Source: Malacoraja senta (Eukaryota). Taken from it: DNA of 64,000 nucleotides. The notes beneath the pieces are model-generated. The model was not told the origin of the DNA. It saw only the letters and a list, made by a program, of their open reading frames with translations, and did not search any database. Shown here piece after piece: positions 1 through 12,134 of this stretch (position 1 is the first letter of the stretch; each line of letters opens with the position of its first letter). The DNA is taken from contig CM075988.1 of the NCBI GenBank assembly GCA_038087875.1, positions 25,732,001 through 25,796,000 of the forward strand, read 5' to 3'. The translations under genes were made by a program, and so were the position numbers.

Positions 1-784
1 TCTTCTCTCAGGTTCTGAAAGACTTTGCAGAAATAATGTCTCAAAAATATTTTGACCAAGCGTTGTATCATTTACTCTCGTGTTTCCTGATGTGAAGTTC
101 CTTGAAGTATTTTATAACTTTAGAGGTGGTCTGGAACTTGAAAGTTTTAGATTGTGATCAGAGACTCCCACCAGTCTGCAGCAAGGACAGTTGTATCAGA
201 GGGTTGTATTTTATATTTCCTCTCTGCATTCCAACTTGTCATCTCTGTTGCTACACATTAACAGAAAACTCCTGGCGTGCATTCCTGTTGTCTGTAGATA
301 AATGATGCAATCTTTATGGAAGTTAGGATCGGGAGCCCTGTGGGGTTTGTTAGAATTGGCCAGGAAGGAAACCACCCACAAGATGAAACGTGCTGAGTTA
401 CTGAAGAAAAGTTGCGTCTGTACGTGAGAGTGTTAAAGAGAGATGCCTAAAGTTTCCTTACATCGTCTAGATAGAAGGCCTTCTGTACATTGTGTTTACC
501 TCTTCACCTGGGAAATCCGTGCTGGGCTCTTCCTGTTTCTGGAAGTTGGAATCTCCAGTGTGTTATACGGATTGTTGGGTTTCCTGGGACTTGGTTGCGA
601 GATTAAGTGCCACCACTTAGAACATAGAACAGTAGAGTGCAGGAAAAGGCTCTTGGGCCTACAGTGGGTGTGTGAACCTGTGGAACTCTCTATCCCACAC
701 GCTTGGTGGCTGAGTGAATTTAAAGGTAAAAGGATAGGTTTTTAGAATCTTGGAATGAGTGGAATAGAGGAATTCGAATAGGAA

Positions 785-1105
785 TTTAGTTTGGTTTAGA
801 GATACGGCATAGAAACAGGGCACTGGCCCACCCAGTCCACCCCGACCATCATTCACCCGTTCCACTAGTTCTATGTTATCCCACTTTCTCATCCACTCCC
901 TACACACTAGGGGTTGCAATTTACACAGGGCTAATAAATCTACAAACCAGCACGTCTTTGGGATGTAGGAGGAAACCGGAGCACCTGGAGGAAACCCACG
1001 TGGTCACAGGGAGAACGTGCAAACTCCGTACAGACAGCACCCGAGGTGGGGATCGAACTCGGAACCCTAGCGCTGTGAGGCAGCGTCTCTACCCGCTGTG
1101 CTGCC
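785..1105 (-). mobile_element. HE1-type tRNA-derived V-SINE
   Basis: Reverse complement has a tRNA-like head (A/B boxes), V-domain TCCGGTTTCCTCC and a CTAAAC-type tail. Confidence 0.85.
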
Positions 1106-1499
1106 CTGATATGATCTTATTCATAGGCAGAGCCTATGCATTTGCTTCGGCATTTCACGACCTTATGTAATACGTTGGCCTAGATTGGAGTCAAAAGGGA
1201 AAAGAGAGTGTCTCCTGATTACGTGGTGGTTAGAGAGGAAACAGGCTCCATGTCAGAGAGAGAGAGACAGGGATGGTGTGAGTTCCCCTGCATTAGTATC
1301 TGGATATCGGGAGAATCACAAAGGGCTGAATGGACTTTCTTTTTCCCTCTCGCTCGCTCACTCACACAAATATATATTCTTCAGACAACAGGATTCCAAA
1401 TTGCTACGATCATATTTCCATTCCTACCCTTCCCTTCCAGTTGTACAGTAGATAGCAGCTTCTTCACAGCCACTCTTCCCCCGAGGCCTAGTGAAATGT

Positions 1500-1630
1500 A
1501 GTGGTTAATATGTTTTTCCTATTAAAGTTTAAAATAAGAAGTGGTATAAGAACTGGCATACGTTATTGCAGATTACTGTAATGTAAAATACTTCTAATAA
1601 AAAAATTAAAAAATTAAAATTAAAAAGAAA
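1500..1630 (+). mobile_element. Probable L1/Tx1 LINE 3' tail
   Basis: AT-rich 3'UTR ending in AATAAA and poly-A; resembles the end of 19430-19830. Confidence 0.45.
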
Positions 1631-2027
1631 TTAAGAGGCAATTCAGATGTTATATGCCGGCCCACTGCGGTGTGAGCTGTTATGTGGAGCAACTCTACAA
1701 GGGATGATGTGATGTGAGACATTTCAAGCAAATATTTACACATGCCAGTGAACTAAACTTCCAGCCACAGAAGTCACGACACACTGACAGGTTCAATTTA
1801 GTTGATTGCCTGTCCCTGGACATACAGTGCTGGCTAATACTGGAGCAGTCCTCTCTAAAACATTTCAGAGCAACACCTGTAAATATTGATGCAATTCATG
1901 GGGGTCCCCCCCCCCCCCCCCCCACAGACCACACCTGGGCAACATCTGCAAATACTGATACATGTAAGGGTATTCCCTGCAGATGTTGATACATTGCCAA
2001 TCAACCTCCAACACAACCACAGTGGCA

Positions 2028-2150
2028 GTGGTCGGCACAATGGCGCAGCGGTAGAGTTGCTGCCTTACAGCACCAGAGCCCCAGATTCGATCCTGACTAT
2101 GGGTGTTGCCTGAGGTTGGGCTGAAGGGCCTGAGACTCTGCTGTACCTCT
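2028..2150 (+). mobile_element. HE1 SINE, internally deleted
   Basis: Head TGGCGCAGCGGTAGAGTTGCTGCC joined directly to the GGGCTGAAGGGCCTG tail. Confidence 0.75.
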
Positions 2151-2174
2151 CTTTGACCCCACTGTTCACAGGTC

Positions 2175-2915
2175 ATAGAGTGATACAGCGTGAAAACAGG
2201 CCTTTTGGCCCAACTTGCCCACACCGGCCAACATGTCCCATCTACACTAGTCCCACCTACCTGCGCTTGGCCCATATCCCTCTAAATCTGTCCTATCCAT
2301 TTACCTGTCCAAATGTTTCTTAAATGTTGCGATACTACCTGCCTCAACTACCTCCTCCGGCAGCTCGTTCCATACATCGGCGGCGCTGAACTTTACACCG
2401 GGAGCCTGGGATCTCTAGATGAGATCGCCAGTTGTGGAGCTCCAACCGGCCTATAGCGGCCTTGTTGGCTTCGGAAGCCGCGGCCCCCAGTGCGGAAGCG
2501 GCCGTTCCAGGGTTCCCAGGCCGCTGGGAGGACTCTCCCGACGCCGGAGTAACATCACCCGGCGAGAACGGCCTGGAACATCGGGCCTCCATAGAGGCAA
2601 CTGTGGAGGCCTCAATGGGCCCGACTATGGGTGAACTGGGGTTGGGGACTGGACTTTGTGCCTTCCCTCATGGTGGGAGCCATTGTGGGGGGATGTTCAG
2701 TGTTAAGACTATCTTGGTGTTATGTCTGTATTCTCTTCTTTTGTGTGCTGCATAATGGCAAGAAGCATTTCACTTCACTACACCTGGGTGTATGTGAATG
2801 TGACTAATAAAAATACTATACTATACTATACACCCACCGCCCTCTGTGTGAAAAGGTTACCCCTCAGATTCCCATTAAATCCTTCCCCCCTCACCTTAAA
2901 CCTATATCCTCTGTT
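2175..2915 (-). mobile_element. CR1/HER1 LINE 3' fragment interrupted by another element
   Basis: Same sequence as 24585-25062; split at TTCCATACA|CCCACC. Confidence 0.8.
2376..2830 (+). mobile_element. GC/CpG-rich non-autonomous retroposon with (ACTAT)n tail
   Basis: CpG-rich body, AATAAA and actatactatactata tail; inserted into the CR1 fragment. Confidence 0.65.
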
Positions 2916-3909
2916 TCTCAAACGTGATGAATGTTTCTGAATCTACCATTCTCTTGAGAAGAATAACCCAGTCCCCTGTCACCCTCAGGATTAGAAGACT
3001 TCTCCTCATCTCCCCCTACCAACCTTGTCAAGTTCATTGTTATTGGCACAGATATGGTGACTCGCAATGTCAGTTACTTTGATTCTCCACCCCCCTGTTT
3101 TTGGACCCGCGAATGAAAACAGATCTTATTTACTTAGTAGATCACAAATAGATGGGGGCGTGAGAGATTTTGAACCAAATATGATATGTTTCTAGCTTAT
3201 CTACTACATTCAGAGTATTCTTTAAACATTTAGGCACCAGGTTCATTATTATTTGACCAAATGCTCGGTAAGTTTCCTGTTGGCCTGCCAACAATCCACT
3301 TACTTTATGGAGGTACCACTTTAGAAGATATGTCTAGTCTGATTGAATTACAAGGCTATGCTTCAGTCGAGATGGTTTGAGAAAGTCAACCAAACCTTCA
3401 AGGCTGAATTAGAGCCTCTATTGTTCACCTGAGAGACGTCAGCACCGTAGATAGATTGTAGGATGTTGTGGACAAATTGCTTTCTCCACTTGAATCCTTG
3501 CCACAGATGTTTTAGGATGACTAACTTCAATTTACAAATCACCCCGATGACTTTGTTTCACTGGCAATCATCTTTTCATTTCATTCATAAACCGAAATTG
3601 TTGCTTCCACACAGCTGATCCGAACACTGAAAGGTTAATATGCAGTGACTGTAAACATTACATGGTCCCAATCCTTCAAATGCAAAACCTACAACTAACT
3701 ACCACCTTGTGTCAAAAATAAACTACTCTGGATGTTGGAAGCCTGAAATTAAAACACAACGTTTTGGATGCACTCAGTGGGACTGCGGTGACAAGGAGTT
3801 TGTTTTTGGCTGTTCGAAGAAAAATCTCCATGAATCTTTACCATGCATGTAATAGAGTACAATGGACCAAAATGCATCTGAAGAATATCTTGGCACCAAA
3901 CCATTAAGA

Positions 3910-4100
3910 AGGTAGACACAAAGCTGGAGTAACTCAGTGGGACCGGCAGCTTCTCTGGAGAGAAGGAATGGATGATGTTTCGGGCCGCGACCCTTCTTCA
4001 GTCTGAAAAGAATGGTCTTGACCCAAAACGTCACCCATTGCTTCTCTCCAGAGATGCTGCCGGTCCCGCTGAGTTACTCCTGCATTTTGTGTCCATCTTC
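3910..4100. mobile_element. Penelope-terminus fold-back element
   Basis: Two inverted copies of the GCTGGAGTAACTCAG...CTTCTTCAG terminus; flank duplication aat(a/tt)tcttggcacc. Confidence 0.8.
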
Positions 4101-4240
4101 AATTTTCTTGGCACCGCTCTGGAAGTAGAAGTGGGGGCTGAATCCGGACCGCAACGGCCGTGAGCCCCAGGCCGAGCTCGGCGATCGTTTGCCTGCTTCT
4201 GCTGCTGTTGGAGGTGAGACGTTGCGCGCGCCAGGGTCTT

Positions 4241-4466
4241 GGGCCTGTCCCACTTTGGCCGTCAGTTACGCGACAGGCCGTTGGCGCGTGAAGATTTTGT
4301 TCGCTACAAAATTTCGGTGTGCCACGCGATATCGCGCATAACTACATACCCCTCCCCGCTTCTCAGTGGGACCGGCCACGCGCGGCCACGCGATGCCCGT
4401 GCGCCTCAACGCGACCATGAGGTCACGTAATTTGCGTGCCAAGGACATGTAAGTGGGACAGGGCCT
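4241..4466. mobile_element. Harbinger-type MITE (GGGCCTGTCCCACT TIR), CpG-rich
   Basis: GGGCCTGTCCCACTT at 4241 and AAGTGGGACAGGGCCT|TTA at the right end. The GC-rich segment 4114-4240 may belong to a longer element. Confidence 0.7.
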
Positions 4467-5511
4467 TTACTCCAGTATTTTGTGTCTATCTTCTGACTTT
4501 GGAGTACTGCCTTCACATGGGCTGTGAATGTACATTGCCTGTGTGAATGATACCAAGACAGACACCTCTGGGTTTGATTGTGCTCTGCGCTCTCTGTCAG
4601 CATGAACAATGCAACAGTAACTGGCGCAAACAACATGTTCAGATATTACTCTGGCAAGTTGGGAATTTAAATTCAGGTTGAAAAAAGTAGTCTAAAAATT
4701 AAAAGCAGCTGTCATATTGTCACTATAGTCCCGACTGACCACTGACATCCTTTTAAGGGAAGGTCAACTCCTTCCTCGTATTGGTTAGGTTTATTTCTGA
4801 GTCCCATTCCAAACCGATACGGACAACTCCTATTTATTGTCTGCCGTGCAGAGGCAGCCAACCAATTGCATCAAACATCACCGCGGTGGCTCCGGAGAAA
4901 AAGACTTTCTCAGAACCACAAGGTACGTTGAATAAATACCAACCTTGCCCCCTGAAACCAAACTGCTTGAGAGTTAAACTAGAGTAATGTTTTAAACGGC
5001 TGAGCATGAACTGGAGAGGGGACAAGACATTTTCAGCTCAGCGATGAGAACACCGACGGTATATTTACAGCCACTGTGTGTGTGAGTGATGAGCTGGGCT
5101 GTGATCGTCACACACTGCTCATCATGTGATGCTGGCCAGCATCGCCTGTCTCATTCACAACGGCAAAGATGGCAATGTTGCACAGCCTGTCACCAATGTG
5201 TGACTGCCATCAAAGAGAGAATATAAATCTATTCTCTCGTCTGTTTTCAATTTCCTATTACTTATTACTTATCAGGGCGCTGTTAATGAATCAGGTACGG
5301 ACTGTGTACGGCAGGAACTCGTGTCCCAGACCTGACAGTGCACTACACCACAGGTACTGCCTCGTTGGATTGCTATCAGACCGGCGCCAGGATAGTGATG
5401 AGGATGTTCAAGATTCAACTCTTGGTATCGATGGTGTAAAAACAAGGGACACGTATCCTGCCCCCACCTGTTATATTTCCACTCTCTGTAATCTCAATGT
5501 TCAGCTGTTCT

Positions 5512-6095
5512 AGGAGCAGAATGAGGCCATTCGGCCCATCAAGTCTACTCTGCCATTCAATCAGCTGATCTAGCTTTCCCTCTCAACCCCATTCTCCTGC
5601 CTTCTCCCCATAACCCCTGGCATCTATTAACGTGGCCTCCACGGCCTTCTGTGGAATGATGCGATGATTCAGTGATACTTTATTGTCACATGTAGTTGCT
5701 GCCGTGAAATTCTTTGTGTTGCATCCAATCCAGTCAAATCATACAACAGGCGTCACCTGGGCACTACACAAAGAGTCGCCACGATTAACAATAAGGGGTA
5801 AGCCATTTAGAACGGAGACGAGGAAACACTTTTTCTCACAGAGAGTTGTGAGTCTGTGGAATTATCTGCCTCAGAGGGCGGTGGAGGCCGGTTCTCTGGG
5901 TGCTTTCAAGAGAGAGCTAGATAGGGCTCTTAAAGATAGCGGAGTCAGGGAAAAGGCAGGAATGGGGTACTGATATGGGGAGAAGGCAGGAACGGGGTAC
6001 TGATTGGGGATGATCAGCCATGATCACATTGATTGGCGGTGCTAGCTCGAAGGGCCGAATGGCCTACTCCTGCACCTGTTGTCTATTGTCTATTG
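5512..6095. mobile_element. CR1/HER1 3' fragments (5512-5655 minus; 5783-6095 plus)
   Basis: CR1 ORF2 C-terminus FFSQRVVSLWN and tail GATCAGCCATGAT...GGCCGAATGGCCTACTCCTGC(GTCTATT)n. Confidence 0.85.
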
Positions 6096-6324
6096 ATTCT
6101 GGCACCAACAAAATTTAAAAAAGTTCTGAGTACAGTTTATTGTCATGTGTCCCTGATAGGACAATGAAATTCTTGCTTTGCAACACCATAACAGAACCAG
6201 GCTTGCAGGCACATGCGGCCCCACACCGGGCCCCTCTTTGCCCTTAGCGGCCCTTCCCCCCCCCCCCCGGATCCCTCATCATTCTCGGCTGCCCAAGAAC
6301 CAACCTCAGATAAAGGTGTTTTAA

Positions 6325-6579
6325 GGTGTAGGAAGGAACTGCAGATGCTGGTTTAAACCAAAGATAGACACAAAATGCTGGAGTAACTCAGCAGGACAGG
6401 CAGCATCCCTGGAGAGAAGGAATGGGTGACGTTTCGGGTCGAGATCCTTCTTCAGTCTGAAGATAAAGATATAAGCGCTAACATTGTTGAAGAAGGGTCT
6501 GGACCCAAAACGTCACCCATTCACTCTCTCCAGAGATGCTGCCTGTCCCACTGAGTTACTGCAGCTTTTTGTATATATC
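6325..6579. mobile_element. Penelope-terminus fold-back element with 13-bp TSD
   Basis: Inverted arms; AAAGGTGTTTTAA duplicated at 6312-6324 and 6580-6592. Confidence 0.85.
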
Positions 6580-7312
6580 AAAGGTGTTTTAACATAGGAT
6601 AAGCACCGACACGACAAGGTTGGGTCTGGGGGTAAATGGGAACAGCTGGAGAGGTACTCGCTGGCCAGCACAGCCATGGTGGTGGAAGAGTTTGTCACCG
6701 TGTTGTGTGACTCCATGCCCCTTTGTCTAGTCAGTAGTAATACCATTTTTGTTCCATTGTAAACATTGCTAAACAGGGGAAGACAACAGTCCTACAGGGT
6801 GCGCTTGGCTTGTGCCGGGTGCTAAATGTTTTATTTATTACCCACTAGTCTTACACAAGTAAATCACCAGGTCACAGGCAGCTCCGGAATAAGCTAATCA
6901 CTCAGTCCAGGTTAACTCGAACCTGGTCAGACCCGTCACTTTGCCAATTTATTCTGAAGTGAGGAGCAACGTGAGACCTGCACAAATACTGAAGCAAGAC
7001 TCTGATCAGTTTGTGTGAAGCACAAACTACAAGGAGTTCTGTTGCCCTTCCACTTGCACGGACATCCACAACAACATCTTGTATTTATGCAGCGTTTGCA
7101 GGCAGAGAAATGCTTTAAAGGAGGAGTGGAGGTAAAACGTTTGTGGTGATCAGGCAGGGTGGGCTGACCAGCAGTGGGCTAGTGGGAGGGTGTATGTGGC
7201 AAGGATGGGGGGGGCTGTGTGGCGGAACAGGGAGGAATTTACACACAATGATGATGCTTCAGTTCAAGGCATTCAGAAGAATCCGGAACAAACATTAGCA
7301 ATGCGTGAACGT

Positions 7313-7870
7313 GGGCAGCACGGTGGCACAGCGGTAAAGTTGCTGCCTTACGGCGCCAGAGACCTGGGTTCGATCCTGGCTAGGGGTGCTGTCTGTCTGG
7401 AGTTTTACGTTATCCTGCGTGGGATTTCTCCGGGTGCTCCAGTTTCCTCCCACATTCTAAAGTGCAAGTTTGTAAGTTCTGTAAATTGTTCCTAGTGTGC
7501 AGCATAGAACTTGTGTGTGTGTGTGTGTGTATATATATATGATTCAGTGTATATATTGTAATATCAATATATGATACACACACACACATATATATATGTA
7601 TGATATGTATCAATATATCATATATATATATATTGTATGTGTGTATATGTGAGTATGTGTGTATATACACACACACACAGAACTTTTCTCTCTCGTTTAT
7701 CATATTGTTTACAGTGTACGATGTTTACATATTGTGTTCTGCTGCAGGCAGCAATGAACCTCATTGTTCTATCTGGGACAATAAAAGACTCTTGCCTAGT
7801 GTACTGGTGATTGCGGGTTGGTGTGGGCCGAAGGGCCTGTTTTGATGCTGTATCTCTAAACTAAACTAAG
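7313..7870 (+). mobile_element. HE1 SINE containing a nested (GT)(AT)(CA) microsatellite-bearing retroposon tail (about 7510-7795)
   Basis: SINE head at 7313, tail at 7800-7870; the insert ends GACAATAAAAGACTCTTG. Confidence 0.75.
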
Positions 7871-8414
7871 GGAGGCTTGGGATAGCAGCAGTGAAGTGTC
7901 TGCCTGTGGAAGGTGGAGTATAGGAAGCCGGCCTGGACAAGCTCCGTGTATATAATGTGGTGGCTTCTGTGTCTGAGGCTCTCATCTCCGACATCTAAAC
8001 ACTTGAAACCACTTCATCATCTCTTCAGCATCGCAGGAAATGCAACCCAGGTTTATTTTTCAAAGTGTTTACAGTATTGGCTTTAAAAACACTTGGCATT
8101 GAGAGGCAAAGTCACCCCTGAGTGAAGATGGAAGGCTGGTGAATGCTGTGAGGGACAGCTGCAAAACAAGGACTTGCCTATCTGTTGCACCCTACAGCAG
8201 TAGAGCTGCTGCCTTATAGTGCCAGACACCCAGGATCGATCCCGACTATGGGTGTTGTCTGTGTAGAGTTTGTACCTTCTCCCTGTAGCCTGTTTCCACA
8301 CTATCTCTAAACTCGAAACTTCGGGATCCTTCAAAGTGTTTTCGAGGCAATAAATTGATTACTGTTGAGATTGCCTGAGGCTGCGAAAGATGTAACAAAC
8401 TTGTCAATTCTCCT

Positions 8415-8646
8415 CGTTTAAGAAAGAACTGCAGATGCTGGAAAAATCGAAGGTAGACAAAAATGCTGGAGAAACTCAGCGGGTGAGGCAGCATCTGTGG
8501 AGCGAAGGAATGTGACGTTTCGGGTCGAGACCCTTCTTCAGACTGGTAATTCAGTCCGAAGAAGGGTCTCGACCCGAAACGTCACCTATTCCTTCGCTCC
8601 ACAGATGCTGCCTCGCCCGCTGAGTTTCTCCAGCATTTTTGTCTAC
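8415..8646. mobile_element. Penelope-terminus fold-back element with 13-bp TSD
   Basis: Near-perfect inverted arms; TGTCAATTCTCCT at 8402-8414 and 8647-8659. Confidence 0.85.
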
Positions 8647-9295
8647 TGTCAATTCTCCTTTGTAATTTGTTTCTGGGCAGGAATGTACACCTTGTCTGGA
8701 CCTGGTCCTGGAAATGAGACAAAAGTGAGGTTAGGAATGCGCCTTCCCTAAGCGCCTCCAGCCTTGACCTGTCACATTGCCAACCAATCATTGTAGCTGG
8801 ATATCACACCAAACGCTAACATCCCAATGGATGGCAAGGTTGTGTCTGGTTCTTGCACGGAAGCAGAACCTGCATTAATCATCGGTTTGCTGCAGCTTTA
8901 AGCTGTCTTGTATTTACACAAACAGGGCAGACTTTGATTTTCAGATCTCTTCCTCTCCTCTTCCCCCAACTCCACCATCCCCTCTCACGTCTGGCCACGG
9001 CCACAGACACCACAACTGAGGCATGTCTGGCCGGGACCTCATTTCTGCATTGAAGAAGCCTCTTCACAAATAAATCTGTAAATTAAAAGAGGAAAGTGAG
9101 ATTTGTGTCGACGTACCCTCATACCAAAGTCTCTTCAACATCTCTTGATAAGCTAAACGGACAATATTAACTATGAAATATCACGACTGTGTTACAAATG
9201 TGGCAGCTGTTGTGTACACAGCAAGACTTCACTCTCCTGCCACCTAGCTCCTTTGTCAGTCTGGATACTTACAATATTGTTCATAAATCATATCA

Positions 9296-9445
9296 TGGGA
9301 GCAGAATTAGGCCATTCGGCCTATCAAGTCTACTCTGCCATTCAATCAAAGCTGATCTATCTTTCCCTCTCAACCCCATTCTCCAGCCATTTCCCCATAA
9401 CCCCCGACCCTCGTACAAATCAAGAATCTGTCAATTTCCGCTATA
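9296..9445 (-). mobile_element. CR1 3' tail
   Basis: GGAGCAGAATTAGGCCATTCGGCC...GCTGATCTATC. Confidence 0.8.
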
Positions 9446-9587
9446 AAACATTTGTTTCCCAACCAGAGAGTATAACATTACACAATCACCTCACTAAACT
9501 GAATTGCCCAGAAACTCAATGGCAGAAAGTTGCTTTTAATCTCTTGCTGATTCTCTTGTCTTGTTCCAGAGATTTCACCACACATTT

Positions 9588-10222
9588 TTGTTTAGTTTAG
9601 AGATACAGCACAGAAACAGGCCCTTCGGCCCACTGAGTCCACCCTGACCTGCCATCCCCGCACATTAATAGCCCAGTCCCACGGTACGAGTTCATTCCAA
9701 GAGCTCTCCCGAGTTTTAAAATAATCAAACTCGTGGTAAGCACGGAGAATGAACGTAGCGGGTACGTCGGAGCTCGGGGACGTCTCTTAGCGCTAACGGC
9801 AGGTACTCGGGAAGACTCGCTAACGGCAGGTAAGCACGGGAAGACTCGTGAAGATTTTTCAACATGATGAAAAATGTCCACGAGAGCCCTGAGTACCGAC
9901 GAGTGGCCATTACCGTAAATCTCCGAGTTCGAATCAGGGCAAACTCGGGAGAACTCTTGGAATTAACTCGTACCGTGGGACAGGGGTTTAACACTATCCT
10001 ACACACACTAGGGACAATTTTTTGACATTTATACACTTTTACCAAGCCAATTAGCCTGCAAAGCTGTACGTCTTTGCAGTGTGGGAGGAATCTGGCGGTC
10101 TCGGAGAAAACCCACACTCAGTAAATCACGGGGAGAACGTACAAATTCCATACAGACTGCACCCATAGCCAGGATCGAACCTGGGTCTCCGATGCTGGAA
10201 GGCAGCAACTCTACTGCTGCTG
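9588..10222 (-). mobile_element. HE1 SINE interrupted by a MITE
   Basis: Tail TTTAGTTTAGAGATACAG, head ending about 10222; split at CACATTAA|CACTATCC. Confidence 0.85.
9670..9987. mobile_element. Harbinger-type MITE, family A
   Basis: Long TIRs GTCCCACGGTACGAGTT...AAGAGCTCTCCCGAGTT; homologous to the copies at 18278, 35213 and 36517. Confidence 0.85.
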
Positions 10223-10656
10223 CCAGTCTACAAAGGTGTATTCATATTCACTCTTTGTGTGTGGAGAGAGAGGTTGGCCCGTGTGTTGCTCGAGTCTGAA
10301 ACCTGGCACTGAAGTATAAGCAATCACTTTGACAAAAGCATTAGAATTGTAGCCAACTCTTCAAATTTAGTAAAATAAAATGTCATCACAAAGTGCTTAG
10401 TTCTCAAGTGTTGTTAGTTCTCAAGTGTTATAAAACACTGGGACATTTTTATTCTTTATTTTGAATCACATCTGGCTCTCCATTCATAAACCCTTCTGAT
10501 GTTGATTGTGTACTCACTGGGACCATAAATTGTCAATGACTCCACATGAGGAACAGGGAGAGTTTGAACATCTGCAGACTTGCGCTGCACGAGGAGAGAT
10601 GAACTGCCTCCTGTACACAGACTTGTTCCTTTCATATCCACCAGTCACATTGATGT

Positions 10657-10797
10657 GTAGGAAGGAACTGCAGATGCTGGTTTACACCGAAGGTAGACAC
10701 AGAATGCTGGAGTAACTCAGCGGGACAGGCAGCATCTGTGGAGGGAAGGAATGGGTGACGTTTCGAGTCGAGACCCTTCTTCAGACTGGAATCTTCT
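10657..10797 (-). mobile_element. Solo Penelope terminus with 13-bp TSD
   Basis: GTCACATTGATGT at 10644-10656 and 10798-10810. Confidence 0.8.
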
Positions 10798-10944
10798 GTC
10801 ACATTGATGTTGTCCAATTAATGGATCTACCGTATACCTGTGATATTCCTTACTATACACAGGCCATTCGTCACCTCCCCAAAACCGCATAGTGTAACCC
10901 CCTCCCCCCGACCCCCACCCCGTGCCTAACAAGCCATGCATTCT

Positions 10945-11270
10945 ACTTGCTCCCACCAGCGGGCAGGAGGTACAGAAGCCTGAAGTACCACACCACCAGG
11001 TTCAGGAGCAGCAACCACCCTACAACCCACCTCCACCACCCTAGTCCCACCTCACCAATGTGGAGCACCTCTTGCACAACCATGGACTGGTTTTCCGAGT
11101 GTGTTTTTGCACTAATGTCTTGGTCTTTGCACGGCATTTTTCTTTTCAATCTCATATAATTAGTGTGTGATTTATGTTGTCCCAGTCTATGTGTCTCTGG
11201 TGCTGCAGCAAGCAAGGTTTATCATTATACGTTATATCACCATATTTGTGCATTAGACAGGAAACTTGAC
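10945..11270 (+). mobile_element. Rex1/Babar-like LINE 3' end (old)
   Basis: LLPPAGRRYRSLKYHTTRFRSS resembles the Rex1 ORF C-terminus (LPSGRRYRS...TTRLRNSF). Confidence 0.7.
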
Positions 11271-11375
11271 GATTAAACACAATCTTTCCAATAGACACGT
11301 CGTCATTCCCTACAATAATCTCCTGTAAGTGAAGATCTGTATTGGAGCTAATGTGGGAGTTGTGCAGGAGTTACT

Positions 11376-11626
11376 AGAGTCTGATGAAGGGTCTCGACCC
11401 GAAACGTCACCTATACGGGTGTCAGGGGTTATGGGGAGAAGGCAGGAGGGAGAGATAAATCAGCCATAATTGAATGGTGGAGTCGACTTGATGGGCCGAA
11501 TGGCCTAATTCTGCTCCTATCACATATGACTTTATGACCATGTTCTCCAGGGATGCTGCCTGACCCACTGAAGTACTCCAGCACTTTGCATCTTTTTTTG
11601 TAAATCAGCAGTTCCTTGTTCTTACA
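11376..11626 (+). mobile_element. Penelope terminus with CTGATGA hammerhead core, interrupted by a CR1 tail (about 11414-11538)
   Basis: CTGATGAAGGGTCTCGACCCGAAACGTC at 11381-11408; TSD TGC(A/T)GGAGTTACT at 11363-11375 and 11627-11639. Confidence 0.8.
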
Positions 11627-11779
11627 TGCTGGAGTTACTTATTCGGTTGTGATGTACAATGCTTGGGATGGGCTGTGTTGTTGGTAGTATACAGAGGTCA
11701 GCTTCTCCCTAAACTCGCCAGATTTTCCTGCTGCTTTGTATTAATAAAAAGCATTTTATGTCCATCTAAAAAAAATTAA

Positions 11780-11927
11780 CAGGAGAGAAGGAATGGGTGA
11801 TGTTTTGGGTCGAGACACTTCTTCAGACCGGTCTTTCTCTCCAGAGATGCTGCCTGTCCCGCTGAGTTACTCCAGCACTTGGTGCCTATCTTCGGTGACA
11901 ACCAGCATCTGCAGTTCCTCCCTACAT
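11780..11927. mobile_element. Penelope-terminus fold-back element
   Basis: Partial inverted arms of the same terminus. Confidence 0.75.
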
Positions 11928-12011
11928 GAAACAAAATTAAATTGAATTGTGTTAATAAAATTATTAGAAAACAGATGAGCAAAGAATACTGACTTTGCTT
12001 TCTCCTAACAG

Positions 12012-12134
12012 GGTGCATGCTCTGCTTTGGACAATCAACACTATTTCGCTTCAACCACCCAGCGGAGGCTCACAGAATGAAGAGTATGATGTCCGGCAAC
12101 CAAAACTCCCCGCTGGCCTACGGCCGATCTTCAG
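12012..12134 (+). CDS. PHLDB1: PHLDB1 coding exon (end of N-terminal FHA-like domain), phase 1-1
   Basis: Acceptor ttctcctaacAG, donor TCAG|GTATAG; 123 nt. Translates (G)CMLCFGQSTLFRFNHPAEAHRMKSMMSGNQNSPLAYGRSS(D), matching recalled human PHLDB1 GCMLCLGQSTFLRFNHPAEAKWMKSM. Not listed in the ORF track. Confidence 0.93.

Noticed and set aside
10456..10641. Nested antisense gene exon
   Set aside because: Short ORF with no recognisable homology or convincing splice sites.
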